Positions 34,713-43,534 of a stretch of 48,084 nucleotides of DNA are shown piece after piece. A program made the position numbers and the translations under genes. Below the pieces are notes generated by a model. It saw nothing but the letters and a program-made list of their open reading frames with translations, ran no database searches and was not told the origin of the DNA. The stretch lies in assembly GCA_964560935.1 (NCBI GenBank), contig CAZLOC010000001.1, positions 1-48,084 of the forward strand, in the 5' to 3' direction. The DNA comes from an uncultured Anaerolineaceae bacterium. GTDB lineage: Bacteria > Chloroflexota > Anaerolineae > Anaerolineales > Villigracilaceae. Position 1 is the first letter of the stretch, and every line of letters starts with the position of its first letter.

Positions 34713-37493
34713 TTACTTCACCATATTCCTCAGCACCGTATGCAGGATACCGCCATTGCGGTAGTACTCCACTTCGACTTCCGTATTCAGCAACGCCTCG
34801 GCCTCGAACATATCCACACGGCCATCCAGTCGGCGCACGCGTACGTTGACGCGGGTTCGCGGGGGCATGTCGCCGCGCAGGCATTCGATGTCGTAGACTT
34901 CGTCGCCTTTCAGCCCCAGGGATTCGGCGTTCTGCCCGTCCACGAACTGCAGGGGCAGGATGCCCATCCCGACCAGGTTGGAACGGTGGATGCGCTCGAA
35001 CGATTCGGCGATGACCGTCCTGACGCCCTGCAGCAGGGGGCCCTTGGCCGCCCAGTCACGGCTGGAACCGGAGCCGTATTCCTTACCGGCGATCACGATG
35101 CAATGGACGCCTTCTTCTTTATATTTCATGGCCGCAGCATAGATCGGCATGACTTCCCCGGAGGGCATGTGCTTCGTCCAATTGCCTTCCTTTGGGGCTA
35201 CCAACTGGTTCTTCAAGCGGATGTTGGCAAAGGTGCCGCGCGCCATGACCTTGTCATTGCCGCGGCGCGAGCCGTATGAGTTGAAGTCCCTGTATTCGAC
35301 GCCATGCTCCTGCAAGAATCTGCCCGCCGGGCTGTCAGGAGCGATCGCGCCAGCCGGGGAGATGTGGTCGGTGGTGATCGAGTCGCCGAACAGGCCCAGC
35401 ACGCGCGCGCCTTTGATATCGCTCACAGGAGGCACTTCCAGCGTCAACTCCTGGAAGAAGGGCGGGTGCTGGATATAGGTCGAAGTTTCATCCCATTCGT
35501 ACAGGTCGCCGCCGGAAACCTTGATCTCATTCCACATCTGCGAGCCGGAGAACACGTCAGCGTATTTCTCTCGGAACATTTCAGAGGTCACACTGGCAGC
35601 AATCGCCTCCTGGACCTCCTGTGTTGTCGGCCAGATGTCTTTCAGGTATACAGGCGCTCCGTCCGCGCCAGTACCGAGCGGCTCGTTGACCAGGTCGATA
35701 TCGACAGTCCCGGCCAGGGCATAGGCCACTACCAGCGGTGGGGAGGCCAGGTAATTGGCCTTAACCAATGAATGGATACGGCCTTCGAAGTTGCGATTGC
35801 CAGAGAGCACCGCTGCCGCGACCAGATCGTTGCTCGTCACGGCCTCGGCCACCTCGACAGGCAGCGGGCCGGAGTTGCCGATGCAGGTCGTGCAGCCGTA
35901 AGCGATCACGTTGAAGCCCAGTTTGCTCAAGGGATCGATCAACCCGGCCTTGGTCAGGTATTCGGTCACCACGCGCGAGCCGGGCGCCAGCGAGGTCTTA
36001 ACCTGCGGCGCGGCGCGCAGTCCTTTTTCGACGGCCTTCCTGGCGACCAGTCCCGCCGCGATCAGAACAGACGGGTTGCTGGTGTTGGTGCAGGAGGTGA
36101 TGGCGGCGATGACGACCGCTCCGTGCCCGATCGGATAGGACCCGCCGTTGGCCCCGACCGTGCCTTTACGGGCCAACGCCTCGGGACTCAGCTCGAAGCC
36201 GCGCTCCTTGACCGGGGCCTTGAGCGCGTCCCGGAAGGTTCCCTTCATCTCGGCCAGCGGGACGCGGTCCTGTGGGCGCTTGGGTCCGGCCAGGGAGGGG
36301 ACCACAGACCCCAGGTCCAGTTCGAGCGTGTCGGTAAATTCAGGGTCGGGAGCGTCCTCATCACGGAACAGTCCCTGGGCGCGCAGGTAGGCTTCCGTCC
36401 GCTCGATGACTTCTTCGGAGCGGCCGGTGAAGCGCATGTAACGGAGTGTTTCATTGTCCACCGGGAAGAAGCCCATGGTCGCGCCATATTCGGGAGCCAT
36501 GTTGCCGATGGTGGCGCGGTCGGGCAGGGACATGCTGGCCAGGCCGGGACCGAAGAACTCGACGAACTTGCCAACCACGCCCATTTCACGCAGCATCTGC
36601 GTGACGGTCAGCACCAGGTCGGTGGCGGTCACGCCCTCAGCCAATTTGCCGTACAGCTTGAAGCCAATCACATCCGGCAGCAGCATATCCATCGGCTGGC
36701 CGAGCATGACCGCTTCGGCCTCGATGCCGCCCACGCCCCAGCCAACCACGCCCAGGCCGTTGATCATGGTGGTGTGAGAGTCGGTGCCGACCAGGGTGTC
36801 GGGGAATAAGACCCTAAAGGTCTCAGTCCCCGTTGTTTCACTTCGGGAGTGCTCTGTGAAGACCTTTAGGGTTTCTTCTTTCGTCATCACCACATCCGCC
36901 AGATATTCCAGATTGACCTGATGCACAATCCCTGTCATCGGCGGGACAACGCGGAAATTATCGAAAGCCTTTTGTCCCCATTTGAGGAACTCGTAACGTT
37001 CGCGGTTGCGGTGGAACTCCATTTCGGTGTTGCGTTGCAGCGCTTCGGGCGTGGCGAAGAAATCGACCTGCACCGAATGGTCGATGACCAAGTCCACCGG
37101 CACGATCGGGTTGACCCTCCTGGGGTCGCCGCCCAGACGAGCCACCGCTGCGCGCATAGCAGCCAAATCGACGACCGCAGGCACACCGGTAAAGTCTTGC
37201 ATCACCACGCGAGCAGGTAGGAACGGGATGCCGGGCCGGCCCACCCCCCTCTGTCCCCCCTGCAGGGGGGATGAAAGGGGGGTCGGGATCCACGCGGCGA
37301 TGTTCACCACATCTTCCCGGGTGATCTCGCGCTCGTTGCATTGACGCAGCGCCGCTTCGAGCACAATGCGGATCGAAAACGGGAGCCGTTTGAGGTCCGT
37401 CAGCCCCGCTTTTTCCAGCGCGTCGAGGCGGTAATATGTATAAGTCCCGTGCTTGGTCTTCAGGGTATCACGGGCATTGAAAAAGTCTTGCAT
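34713..37493 (-). CDS. acnA: aconitate hydratase A
   Basis: 926 aa. [69 protein letters not shown] and SSRDWAAKG are the full aconitase/IRP signature set. Confidence 0.95.
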   Translation of the reverse strand: MQDFFNARDTLKTKHGTYTYYRLDALEKAGLTDLKRLPFSIRIVLEAALRQCNEREITREDVVNIAAWIPTPLSSPLQGGQRGVGRPGIPFLPARVVMQDFTGVPAVVDLAAMRAAVARLGGDPRRVNPIVPVDLVIDHSVQVDFFATPEALQRNTEMEFHRNRERYEFLKWGQKAFDNFRVVPPMTGIVHQVNLEYLADVVMTKEETLKVFTEHSRSETTGTETFRVLFPDTLVGTDSHTTMINGLGVVGWGVGGIEAEAVMLGQPMDMLLPDVIGFKLYGKLAEGVTATDLVLTVTQMLREMGVVGKFVEFFGPGLASMSLPDRATIGNMAPEYGATMGFFPVDNETLRYMRFTGRSEEVIERTEAYLRAQGLFRDEDAPDPEFTDTLELDLGSVVPSLAGPKRPQDRVPLAEMKGTFRDALKAPVKERGFELSPEALARKGTVGANGGSYPIGHGAVVIAAITSCTNTSNPSVLIAAGLVARKAVEKGLRAAPQVKTSLAPGSRVVTEYLTKAGLIDPLSKLGFNVIAYGCTTCIGNSGPLPVEVAEAVTSNDLVAAAVLSGNRNFEGRIHSLVKANYLASPPLVVAYALAGTVDIDLVNEPLGTGADGAPVYLKDIWPTTQEVQEAIAASVTSEMFREKYADVFSGSQMWNEIKVSGGDLYEWDETSTYIQHPPFFQELTLEVPPVSDIKGARVLGLFGDSITTDHISPAGAIAPDSPAGRFLQEHGVEYRDFNSYGSRRGNDKVMARGTFANIRLKNQLVAPKEGNWTKHMPSGEVMPIYAAAMKYKEEGVHCIVIAGKEYGSGSSRDWAAKGPLLQGVRTVIAESFERIHRSNLVGMGILPLQFVDGQNAESLGLKGDEVYDIECLRGDMPPRTRVNVRVRRLDGRVDMFEAEALLNTEVEVEYYRNGGILHTVLRNMVK
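36811..36872. repeat. 62-nt palindromic element inside the acnA coding sequence
   Basis: A perfect 13-bp inverted repeat, ACCCTAAAGGTCT (36811-36823) and AGACCTTTAGGGT (36860-36872). The interior holds the family C core, 22/24 identical to the intergenic 16743-16766. Confidence 0.65.
37241..37286. repeat. GC-rich palindromic element inside the acnA coding sequence
   Basis: A perfect 16-nt palindrome CCCCCCTGCAGGGGGG (37255-37270), flanked by roughly complementary CCACCCCCCT / AGGGGGGTCGG arms. Confidence 0.55.
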
Positions 37494-37512
37494 TGTGGTC
37501 TCCTTTGGCTAC

Positions 37513-37567
37513 ACCCCTCTCCTTCAAGGACATGTGCCCGAAAGGGTAGAGGGGCCGGGGGTGAGGT
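37513..37567. repeat. REP-like GC-rich element, family A, in the acnA upstream region
   Basis: aCCCCTCTCCttcaaggacatgtgcccgaaagggtaGAGGGGCCGGGGGTGAGG. Confidence 0.65.
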
Positions 37568-37571
37568 CAGG

Positions 37572-37635
37572 TCACCACAGAGACCAAAAAGACGCAAAGG
37601 TGCGCCTTTGCCGTCCTTTCGGACTGTGTGGTGAG
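37572..37635. repeat. REP-like hairpin, family B, in the acnA upstream region
   Basis: TCACCACAGAGACCaaaaAGACGCAAAGGtgcgCCTTTGCCGTCCTttcGGACTGTGTGGTGA has a stem of about 28 nt with a few mismatches. Confidence 0.6.
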
Positions 37636-37657
37636 AATCTGATTATTGCAGGTTCCT

Positions 37658-37687
37658 ATTCTACCAAAATCGGATAAGATACAGCAA
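37658..37687 (-). promoter_or_regulatory. candidate extended -10 promoter for acnA
   Basis: On the minus strand: TTGCTG (37687-37682), an 18-nt spacer ending in TGG, then TAGAAT (37663-37658). This would give a ~160-nt leader containing both REP hairpins. Confidence 0.3.
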
Positions 37688-37907
37688 GTTTGAGGGGCGT
37701 TTCTGCCATTTTTCGCACCAGCTTACAAACTACTATCAAATGCACATATGCCAATCAAATCTGCTTTTGATGGCTGTGTTACGTTCAGCAAGGCTGAAAT
37801 TGGCGGCGATTGATGCTCTCCGAGGCACGGTTCAACAGCGAATTTCAACCAGTTAGCTTTACCAACATCAGACGTTATTTATATTCCCCCGCACGTATAC
37901 CTGTTAA

Positions 37908-38576
37908 TCATTCCGGCTTGTACTCGAACCTGTATCCCTGAATCTCCACATACGGCTGCCAGTGTTTATAACTGATAGCGCGGATTCTGCGGGCAATCTC
38001 GTCCTTGCGCATGTTGGGCCGGATGACGAACAACTCGTTGAACTGGACGCGCGTGAACGGCGGCCGGGTCCAGGTTTCCCCGGAGACGGATAATTCTTTT
38101 CCTTCGGCCAACAACCCCACGATCTCGAAGAACAATTCGATTTGATGCATATACGTCCGTTCGAGTAATTCGGCCACTCCGTCTTCCGGGTAGACCGGAA
38201 AGCGCCTGACTGCGATGATCGCGCCCGTGTCCACTTTGGAGGCCATGTGGTGACAGGTCACGCCGTATTCTTTGGCATCTTCGTACAGTGCGAAGTTATT
38301 ACAGCCAATGCCGGGATACTCGGGCGAAGCCGGGTGAAAGTTGAATGAAGCTTTGCACGCACGTTCCAACAGGAATTCGGGCACCACCCAGCGCGAGAGA
38401 TACGAGATGACATAGTCGCCTTCCCAGCTTCGGGCGGCTTCGGGCAGCGGGTCGCCCCACACGCCGAGGCAGTAGGTCACGTCCGTGAAGTGCTCCTGGC
38501 AGAAGGCCAGCGCGCGGGCGCAGTCGGGGTCACTGGCTTTGCCGAGGAAGAGGATGGAAGAGTCAGATTTTGTCAT
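37908..38576 (-). CDS. formyltransferase-family protein (N-terminal catalytic domain type)
   Basis: 222 aa. SFNFHPASPEYPGIG (Asn/His of the formyl-transfer site) and VDTGAIIA (catalytic Asp) parallel Fmt/PurN motifs. The substrate is not inferable. Confidence 0.65.
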   Translation of the reverse strand: MTKSDSSILFLGKASDPDCARALAFCQEHFTDVTYCLGVWGDPLPEAARSWEGDYVISYLSRWVVPEFLLERACKASFNFHPASPEYPGIGCNNFALYEDAKEYGVTCHHMASKVDTGAIIAVRRFPVYPEDGVAELLERTYMHQIELFFEIVGLLAEGKELSVSGETWTRPPFTRVQFNELFVIRPNMRKDEIARRIRAISYKHWQPYVEIQGYRFEYKPE

Positions 38577-38763
38577 ATTTTATTGGGGACACAGATAACA
38601 CGGATGGAACAGAGACCGATTAAATCACGGAAGAATCCGTCCTGTCCGTGAATTCCGCGTCCAAAAAAGTGCTCAGATTTAGGTCATCATTATAAACCGA
38701 GAGCAAACTCATCGTGGGATAGAAGCGCGCGGATCCTTTTTCGTGATATTCGTGCTTTTAGTG

Positions 38764-38790
38764 ATAAAAAAACCTGCGCGGGGCGCAGGT
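38764..38790 (-). terminator. rho-independent terminator after the LuxR-type regulator
   Basis: Minus strand reads ACCTGCGCcccGCGCAGGT followed by tttttttatcac. Confidence 0.75.
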
Positions 38791-38799
38791 CATTGTCTT

Positions 38800-39459
38800 T
38801 TAAGTCGAAATATATTCGCGCAGGCTATGCTCCACCGCATACGCGGCAGCCTCCGCGCGATTGTTGACTCCCAACTTGGAGAGAATACTGCTGACATAGT
38901 TGCGCACCGTGCCTTCCCCAAGGAACAAGTTTTTAGCGATCTCGCGGTTGGTCTTGCCTTCCGAAACCAGCAGAAGCACATGTTTTTCCTGCTGGCTCAG
39001 GTGTGCAAAGGCCGAAGCTTCTTCTTCCTTCACCGCCCGGCGCACTTCCTGGAACACGCGCTGCGTCACAGCCGGGTCGAGCAGCGCTTCGCCGCGTCCA
39101 ACCGCTTCGATGGCCTTGACCAACTCCTCGCTGGCGATCTGCTTGAGCACATAGCCCGACGCCCCGGCGCGGATGGCCGAGAACAACATCTCATCCTCGG
39201 CGTACGAAGTCAGCATGATAACTTTGGTATTCGGATGTTGGTCGACGATTTGCTCGCAGGCTTCGATCCCCGATGTGCCCGGCAGGCGGATGTCCATAAC
39301 AACCACATCTGGTTCCAGGGCGGCCACCTGTTCCAGCGCATCGCGCGCCGAATTCGCCTCTCCAACGACTTCAAACTGCGGATGTCGTTCCAACAACGAC
39401 TTCAACCCCAAGCGGACGACCTCGTGGTCATCCACCAGTATGATCCTTTGTTTTGCCAT
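38800..39459 (-). CDS. NarL/FixJ (LuxR-type HTH) response regulator
   Basis: Receiver ([32 protein letters not shown]) plus a LuxR HTH ([45 protein letters not shown]). ATG at 39459; the track start is 39519. Confidence 0.9.
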   Translation of the reverse strand: MAKQRIILVDDHEVVRLGLKSLLERHPQFEVVGEANSARDALEQVAALEPDVVVMDIRLPGTSGIEACEQIVDQHPNTKVIMLTSYAEDEMLFSAIRAGASGYVLKQIASEELVKAIEAVGRGEALLDPAVTQRVFQEVRRAVKEEEASAFAHLSQQEKHVLLLVSEGKTNREIAKNLFLGEGTVRNYVSSILSKLGVNNRAEAAAYAVEHSLREYIST

Positions 39460-39526
39460 TAAGGTTAGCCTCCAAGATGGTCGGATAAAGAGTATAGTCC
39501 AGACGAAGATGTCTGACAAGGGCGGA

Positions 39527-39569
39527 TAAAACAGGGCGTGCCGTGCAACTCTGCGAGACGCGCCCTGTT
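39527..39569 (-). terminator. probable terminator after the OmpR-type regulator
   Basis: AACAGGGCG (39530-39538) and CGCCCTGTT (39561-39569) form a 9-bp stem. Minus-strand continuation is tttatcc. Confidence 0.45.
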
Positions 39570-39654
39570 CGCTTCTTGCGAGACCCTAAATCTGTATCAT
39601 CCCCGCATCGTCCCCGTAAGGGGGAAGAGGGTTCCCGTTTAATTATCTCACACG

Positions 39655-40377
39655 CTACTCTTTATTCTCTCTTCGAAAATCCACAAACCGGTAACCTACA
39701 CCGCGCTCTGTCAGGATGTACTTGGGATCGGAAGGATCAGCCTCCAACTTCTGGCGCAGGTAGTTGATGTACAGTCGCACGTAATGAGGCTCATCGCGAT
39801 ACTCGTAACCCCAGACCTTGGTCAGCAACTGATCGTGGGTGACAACCCAGCCCGCATTCTGCACCAAATGGTAGAGCATGCGGTATTCGGTCGGGCGCAG
39901 TTTTACCAATTTGCCTTCTAACCAAATCTCGCGGCGATCGAAATCGATCTTGAGACGGTCGTCCACCTCGATCAGTCCATGCATCGAACCGCTGGCGCTT
40001 TCCGTGCGACGCAGCACAGCTTTCACGCGGCTGACCAGTTCGCGCGGGCTGAAAGGTTTGGTAACGTAATCGTCTGCACCCAGTTCCAGGCCGCGCACAC
40101 GATCATCTTCCTCGCCTTTGGCCGTCAACATGATGACCGGCACATTGCTCACCTCGCGGACGGTCTCCAACACTTCGAAACCATCCAGGTCGGGCATCAT
40201 TACATCCAGCAGGATTAAATCGGGGGGCACATCGCGTATCTTTTGAATGGCCTGTTTCCCGTTGAATGCCTCACTGACCTGGAAGCCATCATGTTCCAGG
40301 TTCATGCGAATGAAACGGACCATGCGTTCTTCGTCGTCTACTACCAGGATGCGGCGGCGTTCAAAATCGTCTGGCAT
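39655..40377 (-). CDS. OmpR/PhoB-type winged-helix response regulator
   Basis: Receiver ([37 protein letters not shown]) plus the Trans_reg_C domain ([29 protein letters not shown]...[13 protein letters not shown]...[11 protein letters not shown]). Confidence 0.9.
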   Translation of the reverse strand: MPDDFERRRILVVDDEERMVRFIRMNLEHDGFQVSEAFNGKQAIQKIRDVPPDLILLDVMMPDLDGFEVLETVREVSNVPVIMLTAKGEEDDRVRGLELGADDYVTKPFSPRELVSRVKAVLRRTESASGSMHGLIEVDDRLKIDFDRREIWLEGKLVKLRPTEYRMLYHLVQNAGWVVTHDQLLTKVWGYEYRDEPHYVRLYINYLRQKLEADPSDPKYILTERGVGYRFVDFRRENKE

Positions 40378-40379
40378 AC

Positions 40380-40622
40380 TTACTCCCTTACGAATCCGAT
40401 GATTTGGTCTTCTTCCTCGCCTGCCAGAATTTCGATGAAGCTAATGCGGTATAAGGGCCAGATCACCTCGACGACGTTGTGCTCCAGGTAGTGCAGGTCT
40501 TTTCCGTCTTTCTGGCGCGGGTTGTGGACTGTGATGATAACATCGGTTGGCTTGGGTAGTTCATCTACTTCACCGATGATGGCGGATTCATTTGCAATAT
40601 GTAAAATAACGGTATGTGGCAT
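40380..40622 (-). CDS. hypothetical 80-aa protein, operon partner of the FHA protein and the OmpR-type regulator
   Basis: Clean ORF with an ATG start. Its stop lies 2 nt before the regulator ATG and its start 17 nt after the FHA stop. No motif I recognise. Confidence 0.55.
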   Translation of the reverse strand: MPHTVILHIANESAIIGEVDELPKPTDVIITVHNPRQKDGKDLHYLEHNVVEVIWPLYRISFIEILAGEEEDQIIGFVRE

Positions 40623-40639
40623 TCGTGCACCTTTTTCTG

Positions 40640-41137
40640 TTAGGGATTCTTTAACAGGATCTGGATTTTGAGTTTACCCAGGGAAAGGATATCGCCATGA
40701 TTAAGGGCCTGGCTGTCGTTTGGTTTTAAACGTACACCGTTCAAATACGTTCCATTCGATGAACCCAGGTCCATAACATAGACTTGGCTTTCTTCTTTCC
40801 TTAGAACTGCATGTAAGCGTGAAACACCACAGGCGTAGGCCTGATAGGGGGTCAGATCGATATCCGGCATGATGGGTTGGGCGTCACTGATACGTCCCAG
40901 TGTGAATTCTTCGCGGTCGGAGAGGGGCAGGATCTGCCCGCTATCGGTCAGGTGGATGGCGGCCCACGCATCGAGATCCTTTGGAAATACGCTGGTTCTC
41001 TTTAAATCCCGTGTTATTTGCTCTTCTGAGATGTTTTGTGTGACGATGGGATTTATACTAGTTAATTGCGTGCCGCAATCACTGCAAAATACGGTCCCGT
41101 CTAAATTTTCATGTGTACAGTTGGGGCAAATGATCAT
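40640..41137 (-). CDS. zinc-ribbon + FHA domain protein
   Basis: N-terminal CPNC...CSDCG, then an FHA core FTLGR...VSRLHAVL...VMDLGSSNGTYLNGVRL...GDILSLG. The start overlaps the upstream stop as ATGA. Confidence 0.85.
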   Translation of the reverse strand: MIICPNCTHENLDGTVFCSDCGTQLTSINPIVTQNISEEQITRDLKRTSVFPKDLDAWAAIHLTDSGQILPLSDREEFTLGRISDAQPIMPDIDLTPYQAYACGVSRLHAVLRKEESQVYVMDLGSSNGTYLNGVRLKPNDSQALNHGDILSLGKLKIQILLKNP

Positions 41138-42618
41138 ACCAGTTCTTCCTTTTTTTCTTGTGGCATTATGAGAGCCCGTGTGCCATATTTGATTTCTTTA
41201 CTTCCTTCTTCGGAAAACGCCTGCGATTTCTCAATATTTTCAGCTTCTATCAAGGCTGTGCGTGCCAGATCCCGTTCGCCCTGTGACAACAAACTTGTTG
41301 CAAGTTGCTTCATATGATGGGCAGCGAGTTCAAACTGACCTTGGTCCACTTCCATATGAGCTTTTTCTTGCATGCGATACAGGGTCAGTTTGCCAAGGGC
41401 CCGGATAATCAAGGCAGACGGTGGTATTGTGGTGTCTGCCTCTTCTTTCACCTCACGTGAAAATTCGATCCGGACAGGCTGAATCGGCGTCGGTAGGGCA
41501 GCGATCGTGAGTTTGAGTGAGCCGCGCAAAACTTGAATCATGTCCCCTTTTGTCAGCGATGGATCGATGCGGAATTCGAAGAGAACGCTCAGAGTGGAAT
41601 CTTGCAGAACCGGGCCCAGGTGGATGTCTCCCTCCATCGGCAGCGGACCAGTTTCAGGTTGAGTCCGAAACGCATAGGCCAATTCAACGCCGGTTGTCTC
41701 TTTGAAGTCCAGGACAACGTCATCGGCCAGGATACGTGCCAGCGTGTCGAATTTTTCCACTAGAAAACGTTGGATGTCTTCGGCGCGGGAAATATAGCGG
41801 CTGCTTCCGCCGGTGCGATTGGCCAGGGTGTCCAGGAACACGTCGTTCCACTCTTTCCCGATGCCCATTGCGCTGATGCCAATCCCTTGCCTGGCAGCTC
41901 GTTCCGCCAATTTGAGGCACTGCTGTTCATCCCCATATGTATGGCCATCGGTCAGGAGGATGATATGGTTGACACGTTCATGGCTGGCATTGCGTTGGAT
42001 CTCATCGTAGGCCGCTTGCATGCCCTGGTAAATCTCAGTTGCGCCCCCTGACTGTAACATTCGAATGCGGGCCTCGAGTTTGCTTTTGTCGAACGAGTAC
42101 GAAGCGGGGATAAGAACTTCTGCTCGATCGCTGAATGTGACCACACTGAAGATATCTTGAGACCGCAGATTCCGCATGACCTTGATAGCCGCATTTTTGA
42201 CTATATCCATTTTTTCATCTTTCATGGACGTGGAGCGGTCGAGCACCAGGCTGACGTTTAACGGCGGTGCAGGGATTTCTTCTGATTTTTGTTGAGGTAT
42301 GATTTCCAGGAGTACGTACAGGATCTGTGGTTCGTTCAAGCGAACCAGGTTGGGGCGGCTGTAATAAATTTCATATTTTACTGGTAAAGACGGCTCTTCT
42401 TCTGGCGGTAGTGTGGCATCGTATTTTTTGCGTCGTTTGGGATTGGAGAGCGTTTCGTATGCCTGCTGGATTTCAAGAAAGATTTCGGTCTCTCCTGCCG
42501 CTTTGTTTTTGTCCGGATGCAAACGTTGCGCGGCTTCGTAATAAGCCTGCTTGATTTCCTCCTGGGTTGCGTTGCGTGCTACGCCAAGGGTGACGTAGTA
42601 ATCCGGGTTTGTGGGCAT
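41134..42618 (-). CDS. J-domain (DnaJ-like) - von Willebrand factor A fusion protein
   Basis: J-domain DYYVTLGVARNATQEEIKQAYYEAAQRLHPDKN (HPD present), vWA MIDAS LVLDRSTSM with ILLTDGHTYGDE, and an unassigned ~200-aa C-terminus. The ATG at 42618 lies 1 nt after the PP2C stop; the track TTG start is 42627. Confidence 0.85.
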   Translation of the reverse strand: MPTNPDYYVTLGVARNATQEEIKQAYYEAAQRLHPDKNKAAGETEIFLEIQQAYETLSNPKRRKKYDATLPPEEEPSLPVKYEIYYSRPNLVRLNEPQILYVLLEIIPQQKSEEIPAPPLNVSLVLDRSTSMKDEKMDIVKNAAIKVMRNLRSQDIFSVVTFSDRAEVLIPASYSFDKSKLEARIRMLQSGGATEIYQGMQAAYDEIQRNASHERVNHIILLTDGHTYGDEQQCLKLAERAARQGIGISAMGIGKEWNDVFLDTLANRTGGSSRYISRAEDIQRFLVEKFDTLARILADDVVLDFKETTGVELAYAFRTQPETGPLPMEGDIHLGPVLQDSTLSVLFEFRIDPSLTKGDMIQVLRGSLKLTIAALPTPIQPVRIEFSREVKEEADTTIPPSALIIRALGKLTLYRMQEKAHMEVDQGQFELAAHHMKQLATSLLSQGERDLARTALIEAENIEKSQAFSEEGSKEIKYGTRALIMPQEKKEELV

Positions 42619-42619
42619 T

Positions 42620-43519
42620 TTATCCAATCAACTGCGCAATAATGACACTGATATTATCCGGCCCTCCGGCCGCGTTCGCTGCCTCGACCAGATTTTGACA
42701 GGCGCGCTGCAAAGTGGGTGCGTCCTTGATCATGCGATGCATATCTTGCTCGGCCACAACACCCCATAAGCCATCGCTACAGAGCATAAGGTAGCCTGTC
42801 TGGGGGAAGGCAACGGTAAAGATGTCAGGTTCGAGGATTTCACCCTGCCCAAGCGCACGATAAAGAACATTGCGATGAGGATAGTTTTCGGCTTCATCTG
42901 CGCTGATATGCCCAAGCTCTTCCAGGCGTTTGACCAGGGAATGATCGCGTGTGATCACTTCTATGCGCCCTTCGGAGTAAATGTTATAAGCACGGCTGTC
43001 ACCCACATGGGCAATTGTTACTTGTTGGCCCAATACCAGGGCAGCCGTCAGCGTGGTGCCGCTGCTGGGGGCTTCGTTTTGAATGGTTTTCTGCGCTTCT
43101 TTAACTGCGGCTTGCATGATTTCTTGCAGGGATTCTTCGGGCGGGGTAGGCTTGAGACTGAACAAGTAAGGCTGGAACTTGCGCATGATATGGCCGGCAA
43201 CAGTGCGGATGGCTGCATTGCTGGCCACTTCTCCATACTGATGACCACCCATTCCATCTGCGATGATGTATAACCCTAAGGGTAAACTGCCTGAATTGCC
43301 AGCCAGCGTTGTTGTGAGGGCAAAAAGACTATCTTCGTTTAACTCGCGCTGTTTGCCAACCGATTGCCCTGAAGCAGCAACCAGTTGTTGCAAATCAAAT
43401 TGTACGTTTTTGCTGTACAAAATCGACTGGATTTGTTGATCGGTAAGGGGGGCTGTGGTAACTGTTTCTGTTATTGGAGCAGCTCGACCGCCGAATAATT
43501 TTCGGAAAAATTCCATCAC
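42620..43519 (-). CDS. PP2C-family Ser/Thr phosphatase
   Basis: NEDSLF, IIADGMGGHQYGEVAS, GDSRAY, LCSDGLW and GGPDNISVI. Confidence 0.9.
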   Translation of the reverse strand: MMEFFRKLFGGRAAPITETVTTAPLTDQQIQSILYSKNVQFDLQQLVAASGQSVGKQRELNEDSLFALTTTLAGNSGSLPLGLYIIADGMGGHQYGEVASNAAIRTVAGHIMRKFQPYLFSLKPTPPEESLQEIMQAAVKEAQKTIQNEAPSSGTTLTAALVLGQQVTIAHVGDSRAYNIYSEGRIEVITRDHSLVKRLEELGHISADEAENYPHRNVLYRALGQGEILEPDIFTVAFPQTGYLMLCSDGLWGVVAEQDMHRMIKDAPTLQRACQNLVEAANAAGGPDNISVIIAQLIG

Positions 43520-43534
43520 AATAATATCTCCTTC

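Noticed and set aside
35772-36809. 345-aa + strand ORF antisense to acnA, plus the smaller ones at 34701-35771 and 36921-37634
   Set aside because: Same reasoning. Their composition is Gly/Arg/Ala/His-rich and the opposite frame encodes a complete aconitase.
38743-39462. 239-aa + strand ORF antisense to the LuxR-type regulator
   Set aside because: Shadow ORF. The minus frame has the complete receiver and HTH domains.
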